NCBI RefSeq assembly: GCF_001194135.2
Contig: NC_068999.1
Coordinates: 16,504,996 to 16,568,995 of the forward strand
Direction: 5' to 3'
Length of the DNA: 64,000 nt
From: Octopus bimaculoides
Taxonomy: Eukaryota
A model generated the notes under the pieces. It saw only the letters and a list, made by a program, of their open reading frames with translations, was not told the DNA's origin and did not search any database. Positions 1 through 14,116 of the stretch are shown here, piece by piece (the stretch's first letter is position 1; every line of letters begins with the position of its first letter). Position numbers and translations under genes: made by a program.

Positions 1-64
1 TATATATATATTGATATATTTATATATGTTTATATATATATTGATATATTTATATATGTTTATG

Positions 65-121
<57 letters not shown>

Positions 122-190
122 TTGTGTGTGTGTGTGTACCTATATATGTGTGTACCTATATATATATATACGTATATATATATATATGTA
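1..190. repeat. Compound (TA)n/(TG)n microsatellite
   Basis: Direct read of dinucleotide runs. Confidence 0.97.
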
Positions 191-657
191 TAATCAAAGA
201 AATACTATAAGACCAGCTTGATATTGTCATTATTCTACAAATTTACTGCGCTTAACTTGTCTCACCAGTATTTTCATTCTATATTATTTGAGACTTGAAG
301 ACACCCTTATTTCCGTTTGTCAAAACCTCATCAAAATAGAGGGGAAATTTTATTTTAATATAGCAACTTAAAACGATCCATCAACTAAATATCTTCAATT
401 ATCAGCCAGTTCCATCTCTTTACAACTATCAGGAAGTTTGTAACGAAATCAATTGTACTCGTCTCTACGAAATCATTGAATTGTGAAATAACATATACTA
501 ATCTATAAATATTAGTTTTCATCATATTCCTATTTATCCATTATCATCTTTATTAAAATTACTCTGCTTGTTATAAATCATTATGTTTTCGGTTTCTTAA
601 AGATTATTGGGCCTTTATTATTAAAAGATAGTCCAATGATAAATTAAAATAAACTTC

Positions 658-733
658 ATCTCCTTCTTCTTCTTCTTCTTCTTCTTCTTCTTCTTCTCCT
701 CCTCCTCCTCCTACTACTACTACTACTACTACT
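658..733. repeat. Compound trinucleotide microsatellite (TCT)n(TCC)n(TAC)n
   Basis: Direct read. Confidence 0.95.
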
Positions 734-2527
734 AACATGTGAAATCAACTGATTATAGATATCTTAACCTATTTTAAGTAGAGTTGCTGTTCATGATATA
801 CGAAATGAACAATAGTACAGAAATTAGATTTGGTGCGTTAATTTTGAGCACGAGTCCGTCATCCAGATTAACACACCTAACATTGCCCGCGAAGTAAAAC
901 AATTTACAAGAGACTCTCAAGACTTTCACGTTTATAATATTTTGTTTTGCATATATTCTTTCATATCTGAAAGCATCCTGGTGTTGTCGTGTATGTTTAT
1001 AAAAAAAAAAGAGCAGGAAGCAGATATTTTTAGACAGAAATCTTCTCCAAGCCTATTATGCTAAAAAGACAAAACTTTATTTCATTTTTATTTTATGCAC
1101 TTTTATTCTACATCCCCATAGAAAGAATTATAGATAATTTTTGCTCATTTTGAAACGAAATATTTTATAATTTCCGACGGGATTATTGTACAGAATGAAA
1201 TTTAATATTAAAGATCTTCATCGGATGTACGTGAATAGTATTAAAAGTGATTTTATTTTAAAACACCTAGCATTTGGTTACCGAAACAAACTCACTTTAG
1301 TGGTATATACATCTATTTAAGAGTATTTTTAATAATGATTTGAACTAATATAGATATCAGTGTATAGATTTCCAAAACTAATACATTTAGGTGAGTGATA
1401 TGTTTGGAAAAATAAGTTTATTAGTCTTTCAATAATACTTATGTTATATACATCGAAGAAGTCAAAGAAGAACCCGAAGGGATTTGAACTCAGTGCGTAA
1501 GAAGATGCACTTCAACACTACAGTAAATGTAATATAATGATTCCATAATCAAACCTTTAATATGTGAGCTTCTAAGAGATTCATGGACATAGCAGAAGAG
1601 GTAACCTCAATTCACATCATACCTTTGGATATAGTGAAAGGTCACATTGAACAGTGGAGTCTCAGATGGACAAAAAGATATAGTTTAGTAATACCCTTTG
1701 ATCGTAAGTCTACTCAATCATGGCGGATCTGCTGCTAAACATCAACTGAACTGATATATTTATATTTCATATACGCTGTCACTTAATTGATGCTATTATA
1801 TCATTGCTGTGTTACAGAGAAATACAACCAGAGAGTCAGTATACATTAGAGGAGCAGGATTTAACACTGCGATAAAGAGATGCAAAAAGGAAATTTCACA
1901 CTGAATACAGAATAATAATGTTATAGGTTACATGTCTTATTCAAACTTTCTATAATAAATACTTTACACTGAAGCAATGTGTTATAATGTAATTCCTACT
2001 GTGATTTAGGAATAAACTTGCGGAACTGTTAGATCTAATGTACTAGACGCTGTATGTCTATGAGTTTAACACACGGACGTAAAATAAAAGACAAGAATAC
2101 ATATACATAGATTACCAACGCATTGGCAAAAATTCAATAACAATAATATGAAATCTATTCAATCGTTACATGTGAACATCAGCTCTGTTGTTTGGTTGTA
2201 TTTTAAATGTTGTGCCAACAAAAATAGGTACGGATGACATAAAACTTAACAATATGTCTCTCAATCACTTGTGCATACAGCAACAACAAAAAAAGAAACA
2301 TATTTCCTTAATGGCTCTATAATAAGCTGGCGAAAGGATGTAGCTAATTTTAGGCTTTCTGTAACGACTGCTCTGTGAAGCTCTGATTATTGGAGTAAAG
2401 TGTAATACGGTGTCGTAGTTTACATAGGCCTAGAGGTGTTATGGCTAAATAAGATCAATCAGAAGAAGCAATTAAGTGGAGCATTTCCAAGTGAGAAACT
2501 ATTAGAGCAGGAATGTACAGTATTTAC

Positions 2528-2634
2528 CTGGAATAATAGAAGTAAAATGGCGTAAGATGCAAATAAATTGAATACCAGTGTCGAATAGATGTATACTCTA
2601 CCAGTAAATGCTGGTAAATTATAAAAGCTAATTC
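2528..2634 (-). CDS. Candidate internal exon (107 nt, phase 1 to 0) encoding hydrophobic peptide (G)ISFYNLPAFTGRVYIYSTLVFNLFASYAILLLLFQ
   Basis: Minus strand acceptor ...ctattttaaag|GA and donor CAG|gtaaat bound an open frame. No family recognised; T-richness alone can give a hydrophobic translation. Confidence 0.28.
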
Positions 2635-4036
2635 CTTTAAAATAGTCATCAACCAAAATAGAAGAAATGTGTCAGAGAGATTGTTGCATAATTATATTTA
2701 ACACTGCTTCTGTAATGATAAAGTATGAAAACCAGAATATATATGGATTTTAGATTAATTTCTGAATAAATTATATTTCAAATATATGGTTTCACTTCAT
2801 AGAAGAAATTTCCATGAATCCTTTAAAAGTTTCACTCCACGAGACATAAAATGTATTGTATTGTATATTCTGAAATCTTTTATGTTGCATTTATTCTTGA
2901 AATATTTATATAATTTATTATAGGCCATTTAAACTAAACAACATAAAGTCAAGGGATAATTTTATTTGATCATATTTCTCCAAGAACGGTTAAGAAAAAA
3001 AATACGATTGAACAGTGATGCTAACCTTCTCTTGAAAACTTTTGCTATATGTTCTTATCGGGCATCGAAACTACCTTTTAATCTTGCATAAGGCATTTTA
3101 CTCTAACGGATTTAACCTTTCGAGATGACGAGCGTAATCTCTTAGTTAATTGCTATGGAAATATCTTCACAATATTTTGAATAAACCGAAAAGTTTAAGG
3201 GACAATATTTATGGTTTGTTTCATAATGTTTCATGGAGATAAGCAGTATTTAGTGGTCGATGCCGCTCGAGGTTACTCGATTATCTATATTTCATTGGGA
3301 ATGTTAGATGAGGTCATCATTTATGGATGAATCGAATGTGGCTTGGATACTTTGATGTAGTAAAACCAAGATATTATTGTGCTACAATTCTCAAGTTTTA
3401 AACGTATTATCTAAAATAGAAATTTGCTTTCAATATATTCTAGCAGTTTATCTCAAGTTATTTGTTCTGATTATGAATGATCAACACTTTTGAATATTTC
3501 TCGCCTAGAGCATATTCCACTCTTCTGTGATATCTCTAGCAAATCAATGAAATCTCATACAGCCATTTGGCGTCTTCTTTCCAGAGGTTTTCATTTACTT
3601 CTTACATTTAAGTATGATTCAGTTTGTAAATGTGTTGTGTTACTCAAAAATCACAGTTTAGCATTTAAATTGAGATATAAAAAAACAATAATTAAAATCA
3701 TTCAGAAGTTAAATCATTACACAGAAACTTAAGTAAAGCTTGAATTATTACTAATTATCATTAACATCATTAGCAGATGCAGCCTCCAATATCAATGATA
3801 TTTTACACGTAGATAATATCACAGAATTACTGTAGATTATATGCTACAGATTACTATACAGCAAGTTATATCAGAGAAAACATCTTTTTTTCCTTCTTTG
3901 CAAATTCTCGCGCCAAAACTATATGTTATAAGAAAGTATAATATGCGAAAATTATGACCGATTTCATAATACATAATTTAAGTAAAATGGTCAAAAAAGC
4001 GCCTCTATCCATTTGATGGATCTTCGTAGCGGTTTG

Positions 4037-4084
<48 letters not shown>

Positions 4085-4120
4085 CNNNNNNNNNNTATAT
4101 ATATATATATATATATATAT

Positions 4121-4436
4121 CGATTCCCAGACCGGGTGTTGTGATTGTTTATTTAGCGAAAACACCTAAAGCTCCACGTGGCTCCGGCAGTGGGTGGTCG
4201 TGGTGAACCCTGCTGTACCCTTTCACCACAACATTCTCTCACTCTTTCTTCCTGTTTTTATCGTACCTGTATTTCAACGGGCCACCCTTGTCACACACTG
4301 AATCTCCCTGAGAACTACGTCAAGAGTACACGTGTCTGTGGAGTGCTCAGCCACTTACACGTTAATTTCACGAGTAAGCTTTTCCGTTGATCGGATCAAC
4401 TGGAACCCTCGTTGTCGTAACCGACGGAGTGCTACG
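4121..4436 (+). mobile_element. SINE-like interspersed repeat (5'-truncated at an N gap)
   Basis: GC-richer island starting with a B-box remnant (cgattcc) and ending ...gttgatcggatcaactggaaccctcgttgtcgtaaccgacggagtgc. Recalled as an octopus SINE tail; not verified by search. Confidence 0.65.
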
Positions 4437-5501
4437 ATATATATATATGTATATATAGTAAATTCAATTTTATTCTCAGACATCCATTAAATATATTTAC
4501 AATATTTCATCACTATTCCGGTAAATACGCATTTAAAATCTTCATATGCACAATGTTATTGTATAGTGAGAAAATATATTTTATTTAACAGATATTTTAT
4601 GTGAGTGTGTGTTAGTGTGTGTGAATGTGTGTGCGAATGTGTATGTTTTGTATGTGTTTTTGTGTGTGTGTGTGTATGAATGTGTGTGTGAATGTGTATG
4701 TTTGTATATGCTCATGTGTGTGAGTGAACGTGATGTGTATGAACGTGTATGTTTGTATGTGCTTGTGTGGGTGTGTGAGTCAATGTGTGTGTGAATGTGT
4801 GTGTGTGTGTGAATGTGTATGTTTGTATATGCTTATATGTGTGTGTGGGTGTGAAGGAATATGTGTGTGTGTTTGTATATGCTTATGTGTGTGTGTCTGT
4901 GAGGTAGTAACCTATGAAGTAGAAGCCCAATCACCTTTCAATTAACTAACTCAACACGAGGACAGTCATCAATAATATTATGATGGACATTATGTAAATA
5001 TTAAATAAAAATAATTCGTTAGAAATAGTCGTATAACTAGCCCTAAAGCTGTTTTTCATACAAACACTAAATTCAGTACAGCCACTCGATTTCATCGTTT
5101 CAAACATATTACAGACGATTTGAAAAATGTGAGCATTTTAAACATATACAAACATTATTAAAATTTTTATATATATTTTCTGTTGAAGATGTAAAGATGA
5201 CCAAAGGAAGAGCTATAGCGGTTAATGCGCTTGGGTGGTATATAATTTGAGGAAAGCTGAGAGGCCCCTTTTTTTCAATAACGCAGAAGTGTTCAGAGGT
5301 ATTTTTTTTTTTTTCCTCAAGAAAACAATAGTATTTAACATAGATAATTTTTTTCAAAGTGACTGAGATCATATGTAAATCTTTTTTGAATGTAACATTG
5401 AAAGCTAGTAGTAAACAGTGCAAAATTTTAAAACTAAGACTCACTAATATCAAACATTTCTAATTCACGATTTTCTTTTCAGCAATCCCATAAAGATGAT
5501 A

Positions 5502-6755
5502 TTAGGTCATCCCATAAACAATGCGTTTTTTATACTTCTTTATTATTCAAAATTAAGATGAACAAAGTCCTTTTCTTATTGTAAAATATTATCGCCTTCA
5601 TTTTCTACAATGCTCTTCCATCTTGCAAGCGGTAACTTGTAAATCTGGTAGATTTGCAAGGTACTGCTTCAAAAATTCAATTCTCCATGACGGAAAATAC
5701 TCCTGCTGTAATGTTCTGATTTTGAAAACTACAGAATAAATGATAATCAGATGGGGAAATATCCTACAAACATGATGGGTGAGACATGGCTACCCATTCA
5801 ATTGGAATGTAATTCTCCCTGGATGTGGCCGAGCATTATCCCGATGGAAGAACACCTTTCTTCTTGAAACCAAAGATAGTCGCTTTCTTTTAGCGCTGAT
5901 TGAATCCGCTGAAGCTGCTCGCAGTAGATCTCCTTTGTTATCGTTTGGTTTGGATTTAAAAAAGTTCAAAGTCGACTAAACCTTTCATATCCAACATAAC
6001 AGATAACACCACCTTATGTGGGTGAAGTCTTCCTTTAGCTTCGGCTGCCGGTGTTTCTCCCTTCCCTGCCCACTGTCTTCGGCGCTTGACATTTTTACAG
6101 AGAACCCATTTCTTGTCACCGGTCACTATTTGGTCCAATAAAGGTTCATTCGTGAGACATGACAACAAAGAAGAGCAAACATTCACTCTGCGCGCGATTA
6201 GATTCGGAAAGTTTGTTAGTAACACAATTAACCAATTTGCTGACTTTTCCGATGACATCCAGGTGTCGATGAATGGTTGAATGACAAAATCCAAGCGTCT
6301 CTGCTAGTTCCTCAACGGTTAAGATGGGATTTTCTTCCCCCAGGATTTGCAGAACATCCTCGTCGTGATCTACAGTTCTTCCAGGACGAGGCACGTTTTC
6401 TAGGATGTAGTTTCCAGCTCGGTGTTTTTGAAACAACCGTTGACACTGGCTTACGCTTATTGTCAGATCCCCATATACTACATTAACATTCCTTGCACTT
6501 TCCAATGCGCTGTTGCCTTTATTGAACTCACAAAGAAAAATATGCCGAATAGTCTCCATTGCCACATCCATTATAGCTTTGAAAAATTAACTGTTAAAAT
6601 CGATTGCCCTCTTCAAAACGTGCACCAAGAATAAGGAGAAGGTAAAATTACTACCTGCTTTTATAGCAAGTTGATGCAGGTAGTTTATGCCGTCTCCCTC
6701 CGACTTTTATTTCATGCAATTGAAAAAAAACCGCATTATTTATGGAATGACATAA
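5502..6755 (-). mobile_element. Full-length (1254 bp) inactive mariner transposon; TIR resembles Hsmar1/cecropia-mellifera type
   Basis: Left TIR TTAGGTCATCCCATAAACAATGCGTTTTT (from 5502) and right TIR AAAACCGCATTATTTATGGAATGACATAA (ending 6755) are imperfect reverse complements. Both are flanked by TA (5500-5501, 6756-6757) and enclose a transposase pseudogene. Confidence 0.95.
5576..6571 (-). pseudogene. Mariner transposase pseudogene (frameshifted)
   Basis: N-terminal HTH region IRHIFLCEFNKG...PRPGR...LTVEELAETL...HSTIHRHL. Catalytic motifs IVTGDKKW, FFHRDNARPH and DISPSDYHLF (YSPDLAPSDYHLF-like), and C-terminus RWKSIVENEGDNILQ*, are spread over different frames. The D2-D3 spacer is 89 nt rather than 102 nt. 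Confidence 0.93.
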
Positions 6756-7023
6756 TATATGACTTGAAGAAAACACAGATGCAGAAGAAGAGATGTTTTA
6801 GTGACTCAACGCACGAGAAAAGGTGGGAAATAACGGGTAGAAGTGAAAGAAAAAGAGAAACGAAAGACGACAGTCAAGCCATGTAGTTGAAATGAAAGCC
6901 AAAGATGAAAGATAGAGTTAAGCATGGAGCAAACCATGCGGTTACATATATCGCGTTATTGTAGTTTAAAGAAACATATATGTGCGTGTGTGTGTGTATG
7001 TATGTGTATGTGAGTGAATGTGC

Positions 7024-7073
<50 letters not shown>

Positions 7074-7745
7074 GTTCACTTAGAATAGTCCTATATATTA
7101 CTGAAATTTTGGAGGCTCTTAAAATCATTGATTCTGATGCGAAATTTGCACTCAGAAATGAATATCATATTCAATTAGAAATTCATTGAGTAATGTGCAC
7201 AAGCTTTGCTGGAGAGCCAAAGATCAAGGTTAATCGAACATACATGTGATGAAAGTCAATCCCTTGGTTTCCAAGTATATCTAGGACTACGTTGTTATTG
7301 GATGTAATCTTTGTTTTAACATAAAAGCGACTTGCGAGTTTTAGCAAACTATAGAGGGGACATTCTTGTAAGTTGATAAATGCCATTATTACTTCAAGTA
7401 AGTGTTCTTTTTTCTTTTTTCCTACAATCAGCTTCGAAAAGCCTTACAATACGAGTACTCGATGTGGCGTTCAGATTTCGCAAAAGAGATATTCGATCTC
7501 TTTTTTTCTATTAGGCATTTTGTTCAGTATATGTTTTATATCTTTACTTTTCTAAAGATAAGCATGTATAAATCTATGTACTTCCCCGTCACTGCCGTAC
7601 GTGAATGTGTATATATATGTATATATTTATATATATGTATATATTTATATATATACATATATATACACATTCACGTATATATATATAAATATATACATGT
7701 ACACACATACGTTTATATTTCTATAAATTTACATACATATATATG

Positions 7746-7791
<46 letters not shown>

Positions 7792-9153
7792 TATATATAT
7801 ATACCAGAATCAATCTAATACTTGTATGAACACTAATGGAATCTCTATAGAAATCATTATTTTTCTGTCTCAAAGAAACGTGTTAATAAATATTCCTTAT
7901 ATAAACGCATATGCCACCTCTACTTTTATAGCAACGCTTAATCTTATATGTGTTTGTATATGCTTGGCGGAAACACCAGAAGTTTCAATTCGAAGTTGCA
8001 TGGATTTCATAATTTAGGAAATAAGCTAATACCTCCTGTGTATATCGGCTGTGGAAATAATGAATTTCCAGAAAGCATCTGTTCTTTGTTATTGCTATGT
8101 TTCTTTATTCAAAAGAAAAAAAAATTCAATCTATACTCTGCCCAATACAGAATGGCTGTCCATATGGCTACAGAACGTACGAGTAATTATTTTTTATTTT
8201 CTGTATTATTTATCTATTCTATTTTTTTTTTGTTTGTATTTTCAGAGGTGAGAGTTGGAGGAAATTAAATCGAAAATGTAATTTCAAGTGAACAAAAACT
8301 ATAAAATAATATGATACACATAACGTAATACAAGAACAAAACTTGGAGTAAAACCGACAGTGTTGGTACAGAAACAGTTGTCGTTGGACAGAACCACATG
8401 TTTGTAACCAGTGACTGAATTGTTGCTTTCAAAAAAGAGAGAAAAAAAACAACATTGTGGTTGCCATTCAGTAATGCCAAAGCACTTAAACTACACATAG
8501 TGAAAATTACATATATATATATATATATATATATAGATATATATATATGAGGATAGAACTTGGAAAGCAAAACATTTTTATCGATAAAGAGGAAATGAAG
8601 ACGATTCCTTTTCTTCTGAACTTCTTTCCATTATTTCACATATGTCGGTTCATTTCATCTGCTATTATTATTTTTATTTCTGTCACATTATTCAACAGAA
8701 GCAGAATGAGTGGATCCTAAGATAATAACCTCTTGTAATATTTGTTTCGGTTTCTTATTCTGTAGTTTCAAATCCAGCCTGTGCTTTCCTTTGGATTTCA
8801 TTTCACTGGTCGGTAAAATGATTTTATCGTATTATTCCTACAACTGATTAAACAATTCTGGCATTCTGCCTATATTAATGATGTAACTAACATACATATT
8901 ATATATATATATATATGTATAGGTACGTACGTACATACACACACGCATACATACATAACCAGAATGGAGAAAGCTAATTCGAAGACAACAGATCCAATCA
9001 ATAGAACTGTAAGGATCTGTAAAACTTTTCACAAGTTTATCATTTAAATATATATGGGTATGTCTAGATATGCAACTATATGCATGAGAATACATACATA
9101 AAACAAAACATACACATCTGCACATATACACACATACAAAAATACCCTGATTA

Positions 9154-10160
9154 TGATTTTGCGCATAATCTACACAAATTCGATACACTTGCCTTATCAA
9201 CGCTTCACTTGATAGATTTATTTCGTAAAGATTGTTCTTGCTCAGCAGTCCTTCTGTCTTCTTTAAAAACCTTGCCTTAACCATGTCCAGTATTCTTTGC
9301 AGGCTTCACGCGTTGCTTGTTGAAAAAGCTCTCCATGCAGGACTTTCTCTTTCTAGTTGATCTCCATTACTCTATCCGACCTCATATGTTACGTCTAAAA
9401 AGTCTCACTTTCGTTACTGGTCACCTTCTCACTCAGTGCAGCTTTCAACATCCTTTTAGCATTATTCCTCAGACAAGCATGCAGGGACTCGATATCCTTC
9501 CCAACCTATTCCAACCAATCTGTTTCCACCTTCCTCTCTAGATAATTATAGCTTTGCTACGTTACTTCTAGTATGAAAGCACCCAAGCATATCCATTACT
9601 TTCCTATTTTTTCTATCCACGGTGACAAGTTCCTTCGTTGCCCATTTCACATCTCCTTCGTCGTAACGCATCTCACCTACAACCCACGCATTGATTCTTT
9701 TAATTATGCTCCAATCATATGGTTTAGACCTATGTAGTTTTTTAAGTCTTCTGGTATATTCAGAAAAGATATTCTCCTCTATCTTGGTGCTCAGTAGACT
9801 AGTTGTAAAACACCAAGATACATGTAAACCTGTCTTTTCACTTCTCTTATCCGTTCATCATCTGAAAGTTGTACTCTACTACTGTTTACTTTTCGCCCTC
9901 TATTGTGTTCAATAACAGCGTATTTTCTGTACCAAATTCTTTTTAGATGCCTTAACTGGAAATTCATACGGTATGAATAAAGAAATCCAGTTGACGGCTT
10001 TTAGCTCCGTAAAACTTCAAATTGTCCATAAACAGTAGGTGATTGATTTGGTCTCAAGTTTTTCTGCAGTTTGTAACTGGCTCCCATCTATCTCTGAACC
10101 GAGTGGTAACATACAATCAATGAACAATAAGAGTGACATCGCGTCTCATTGAAACATTCT
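9154..10160 (-). mobile_element. Decayed non-LTR retrotransposon RT fragment, R4/Dong-like (RLE clade)
   Basis: Minus-strand translation across frames gives RMFQ*DAMSLLLF (GIFQGDSLSPLLF-like), QINHLLFMDNLKFYG (10021-10048), EFGTEKYA, YMYLGVL, KVLHGELF, WTWLRQGFLKK and IK*SVDKASVSNLCRLC (start of the Zn knuckle). This motif order is typical of R4-clade elements. Confidence 0.85.
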
Positions 10161-10348
10161 TCGCTTGGTGTCATCTTGTTCAATTTCTCTTTCATCTGTC
10201 TTTCAGTTTCTCATAAAATTTTAAGCATATAAATCCTTTTTGTTCGCTGTCCCCACTACCTACAGTCATTTCAGAATCACGGAACGAGGAATCATAACAT
10301 ATACCATTTTATTGTCAATCCGAGCCATTGTCAAATCTATTATTATTT

Positions 10349-10525
10349 AAGGCAGCGAGCCAGCAGAATAGTTGGCACACCGGACGAAATGCTTAGATGC
10401 ATTTTCTCTGTTCTTAATTTCTAAGTTCAAAGTCTGTCGAAGTCGATTTCCATTTGTTCGAGGGGTGAATAAAATAAGTAAAGTCAGTTACTAGGTAAAT
10501 GTAGTCGACTAGCCCCTTTAACGGG
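10349..10525 (+). mobile_element. tRNA-headed SINE (family A of this window)
   Basis: aaggcagcgagccagcagaatagttggcacaccggacgaaatgcttag...agttcaaa...gtcgatt...aataagta; shares sequence with copies at 36.2, 50.1 and 53.0 kb. Confidence 0.75.
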
Positions 10526-10756
10526 AATTCATTTTATGACAAACTTTTCGCCTGAAATTTCGGTGTATCATAACATGATCCCTCTTTCATACTAGTCACA
10601 GAGAATCTAAAAAGTGTAAAATACTCAAGAATATCTGCTAACGATATTTAATGATAAAAAAAAAATATTATATGAAGAGAGCTCCTTTTCCCTTTTTTTC
10701 TTTTTTCCTGAAATCAATATGGCTATCCATAATAATTTCATACATAAAATCTTATC

Positions 10757-11362
10757 TTAATTCATAGATATTTACGCCAAAACGGTAAGGAAAGTAAAAA
10801 CAGGAAAAATTATATTACGGTATAATTTCTCATATATTGTATCAACATTTATTTTTTTTTTCCTTCGTTCTCTTCTATTGAATTAATCTTTGTTTTTTGG
10901 AGACGACATCTACAGACTGATTGGCACCCAATTATTACAATTCAATAGTGCAAAAGGCAATATTTAATACGAAATACCCTAAAGGATACTATGTTTGAAA
11001 TTTAAATAGACGGTGACATACAGGGAATAGTGATTAGTTTTTCCATAATTAGTATACATTATTCCGATATATAACTGTCTGAAATGACAGAACATCCGTC
11101 ACTTGAGGTATCACATAGTAATAACTTAAAAGATACACTGCATTTTTTGTGCTTTATGACTATATATATTCATTCACAAACACATATATAAATATAGGTA
11201 TATATGTATGTCGGTATATACATACATATTATGTTAATTCATATATATTTACGCCAAAACGGAAAAAAAAAGCATAAACAGAAAAATTATATTACGGTAT
11301 ATTTTTGCGTATATTTTATTAACATTTATATATTTTCCCCCTAATTTTCTTCTGTTGAACTA
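10757..11362. repeat. Local direct duplication of ~128 bp (10757-10885 and 11234-11362)
   Basis: Both copies contain ttcata.atatttacgccaaaacgg...aaacag.aaaattatattacggtat...aacatttta...cttct.ttgaa.ta. Confidence 0.85.
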
Positions 11363-11867
11363 TATACAAACACACACACACACACACACCCACACACACA
11401 CACACAGACAGAAGCGTGGTGGAACTGTGTCAAGCAAATGAAAAACATTGTACGCAAAATATTTTGTAGAGTGTATACGGTGTACGGAAATAGTATTTTC
11501 TTCGGCACACACATGCTTCGCTGGGAACCAGAATCGTAGTGCTAGCCATATCATTTCTGCTGTTCATGATGTTTTTTGACTAACAAGATGAAGGCTTCTT
11601 GAGCCAATGGGGTCCAAGCACTGCAACACATATGTAATGCTTATGTGGTAACAATTTGCACGAGAATACCTCTGTAAGCCTGTGAACGTTTCAGCAGATC
11701 TCTGTGCGTGTGTGTATATACATGTGTGCGTCTGTGTGTGCGCATATGCGTGTATGCGTGGATGTATATGTATATCTATGTATTTATCTATCTATACAGA
11801 GGTGTGTGTGTGTGTGTATGTGTATTTATGTATGTATTTATGTATGTATGTTAAAAATCTTACCACA

Positions 11868-11941
<74 letters not shown>

Positions 11942-12938
11942 TGTGTGGTATGATTTTTTTAACAAGATGTATAGCATTGGGTGGCAGTATATCATAAGAC
12001 TATTTCGATTATTATAGTAACGATGGCCATAATAACAATAATAACAATAATAATTATATATATATACATAAACACACATATATATGCATACGTATATACG
12101 TATATCCACACGCACATATACATATATATATGCATACATACTTAAATATGTATGTATATATATATATATATACGCGTGTGTGTACGAATGTGAGTGTGCG
12201 CATGCATGCGTGCCTGTATTTTGAAGAGTGACGATGTCAGGAGAGAGAATTTTCTACCATCTTGTTATGTCTAAATTATTTTAAAACTTGTTTCCAAATT
12301 TAGCAATTAACACTGATTTATTTCTAAAAGTGAACAGATAATGTATTTTCAAATGGTCTGTTCCTCCTTTGGGCAAATAACCAGTAAAGGCGTATTTTAG
12401 TTTTGATTCCTCCGAGAACTCACTGTTAAGTAAATATATCACTATTTTCTAAGTTTTTATTTAAAAACTTCTCAACTTTTTGCCGATAATAAAATAGTTA
12501 CTGAAATAATTACAGACACGTACATTGAGTTGTTATGTTTGCTTCTATGCAGACAGATAACGCTGCAAGCTAATTCTCCTATGCGATTATACAGCTTAAC
12601 GTACTTTTAAAATAGTTTCAAATTAATACTGTAATCAAATGATAAAATCAGAAAAATAGTGCCCAAAAATGTATATTCTCCTTGTATAATATACATATGT
12701 GAGTGTCTGTATGTGTGTGCATCTACCTATATATCTATATATAAGAATGTATAATACGATGTACATGCAGGTGTATATAGGTATATGCTTGTGTTTGTGT
12801 GAGAATTTACATATAAATGAGACTGTGCATCTGAATGTGTCTATTTATATATCTATATACATGAATGCATAAATCTATGTATATATATTTATCTATATCT
12901 ATATATATGAATGTATAATTCTATGCATATATATATGT

Positions 12939-13008
<70 letters not shown>

Positions 13009-13628
13009 TGTTTGTGCGTGCATGCGTGCGAGCGCGTGCGGATGTGGGTAGACATATTTGTACACATGTTTGAGTGCATTTATGCTAGAAAAAAAAATCA
13101 AATTACTAGTTTATATTGATATAAATTCGTACTGAACAATATTCTTTTGGGCAACATTTTTGATGATTTTGTCATTTGATAAAAGTATTAATTGGAATTT
13201 ATTTTAGAATTTATCTTAAGCTAAATAATCTCATATGAAAACTATCTTCCAGCATTATTATCTGATTAAGTGTAAACAAATATTACAACTAAATGTAGGT
13301 GTCTATAATACGGAAATCATCTTCTAACCAATGAGGGTGCTGAAACCACAAAACACAGCGAAACAATTACGATCAATTATGATAAAAGTGCACAATTTAC
13401 AACGCTTGAAGGTAAGGTGTGACAATATGAAAATTGATGTTTTGAATATATATTCTGAAATGAAACATTTCTGTCTGACAAGTCAATTGTCGAAGCTAGT
13501 ATACGTACCCAGACTACCTCACAAATTCAGTCGAATATATTTATGTGCGCTTGTAAATGTCTAAGCACATATGTGTGTGGATTTGTGTATCGGTGCAGCA
13601 TATATCTATTGATCTATCTATCTATCTA

Positions 13629-13707
<79 letters not shown>

Positions 13708-13769
13708 ATGTGTGTGTGTGTGTGTGTATGTATGTGTGTGTGTGTATGTGTGTGTGTATATATATATAC

Positions 13770-14010
13770 GGGAATGAGATCCTTCGGTTACGAAAGATCA
13801 TGAAATTACGCGTAGAAATTCCCTCTGAAGGCACAAGTCCGGAAGACCAGACACCCGTGCGCACCAGACACCCGTGCGCACCAGCCATCCCTCACCCCAC
13901 CGATATTGTCCAAGGGAAAAGCAAGGGCCGACACAGCTCTGCTGCCAGTGACGTCGCAACTCATTTGTATATCTGAGTGAACTGGATCAGCGTGAGATAA
14001 AATGCCTTCC
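13770..14010 (-). mobile_element. SINE-like repeat with internal 17-bp tandem duplication (accagacacccgtgcgc x2)
   Basis: Reverse complement contains tttatctcacgctgatccagttcactcagata...aatgagttgcgacgtcactggcagc, related to the body of the SINEs at 38.4 and 58.7 kb. Confidence 0.6.
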
Positions 14011-14116
14011 TCTTCCGTTCTTTTCTGTTATACTGTATGACTAAATACTGAATTCAGCCATAAATTATTGGGCTACAAATATATATACATTAACAGCCGG
14101 ACTTGACGAAACTCTC

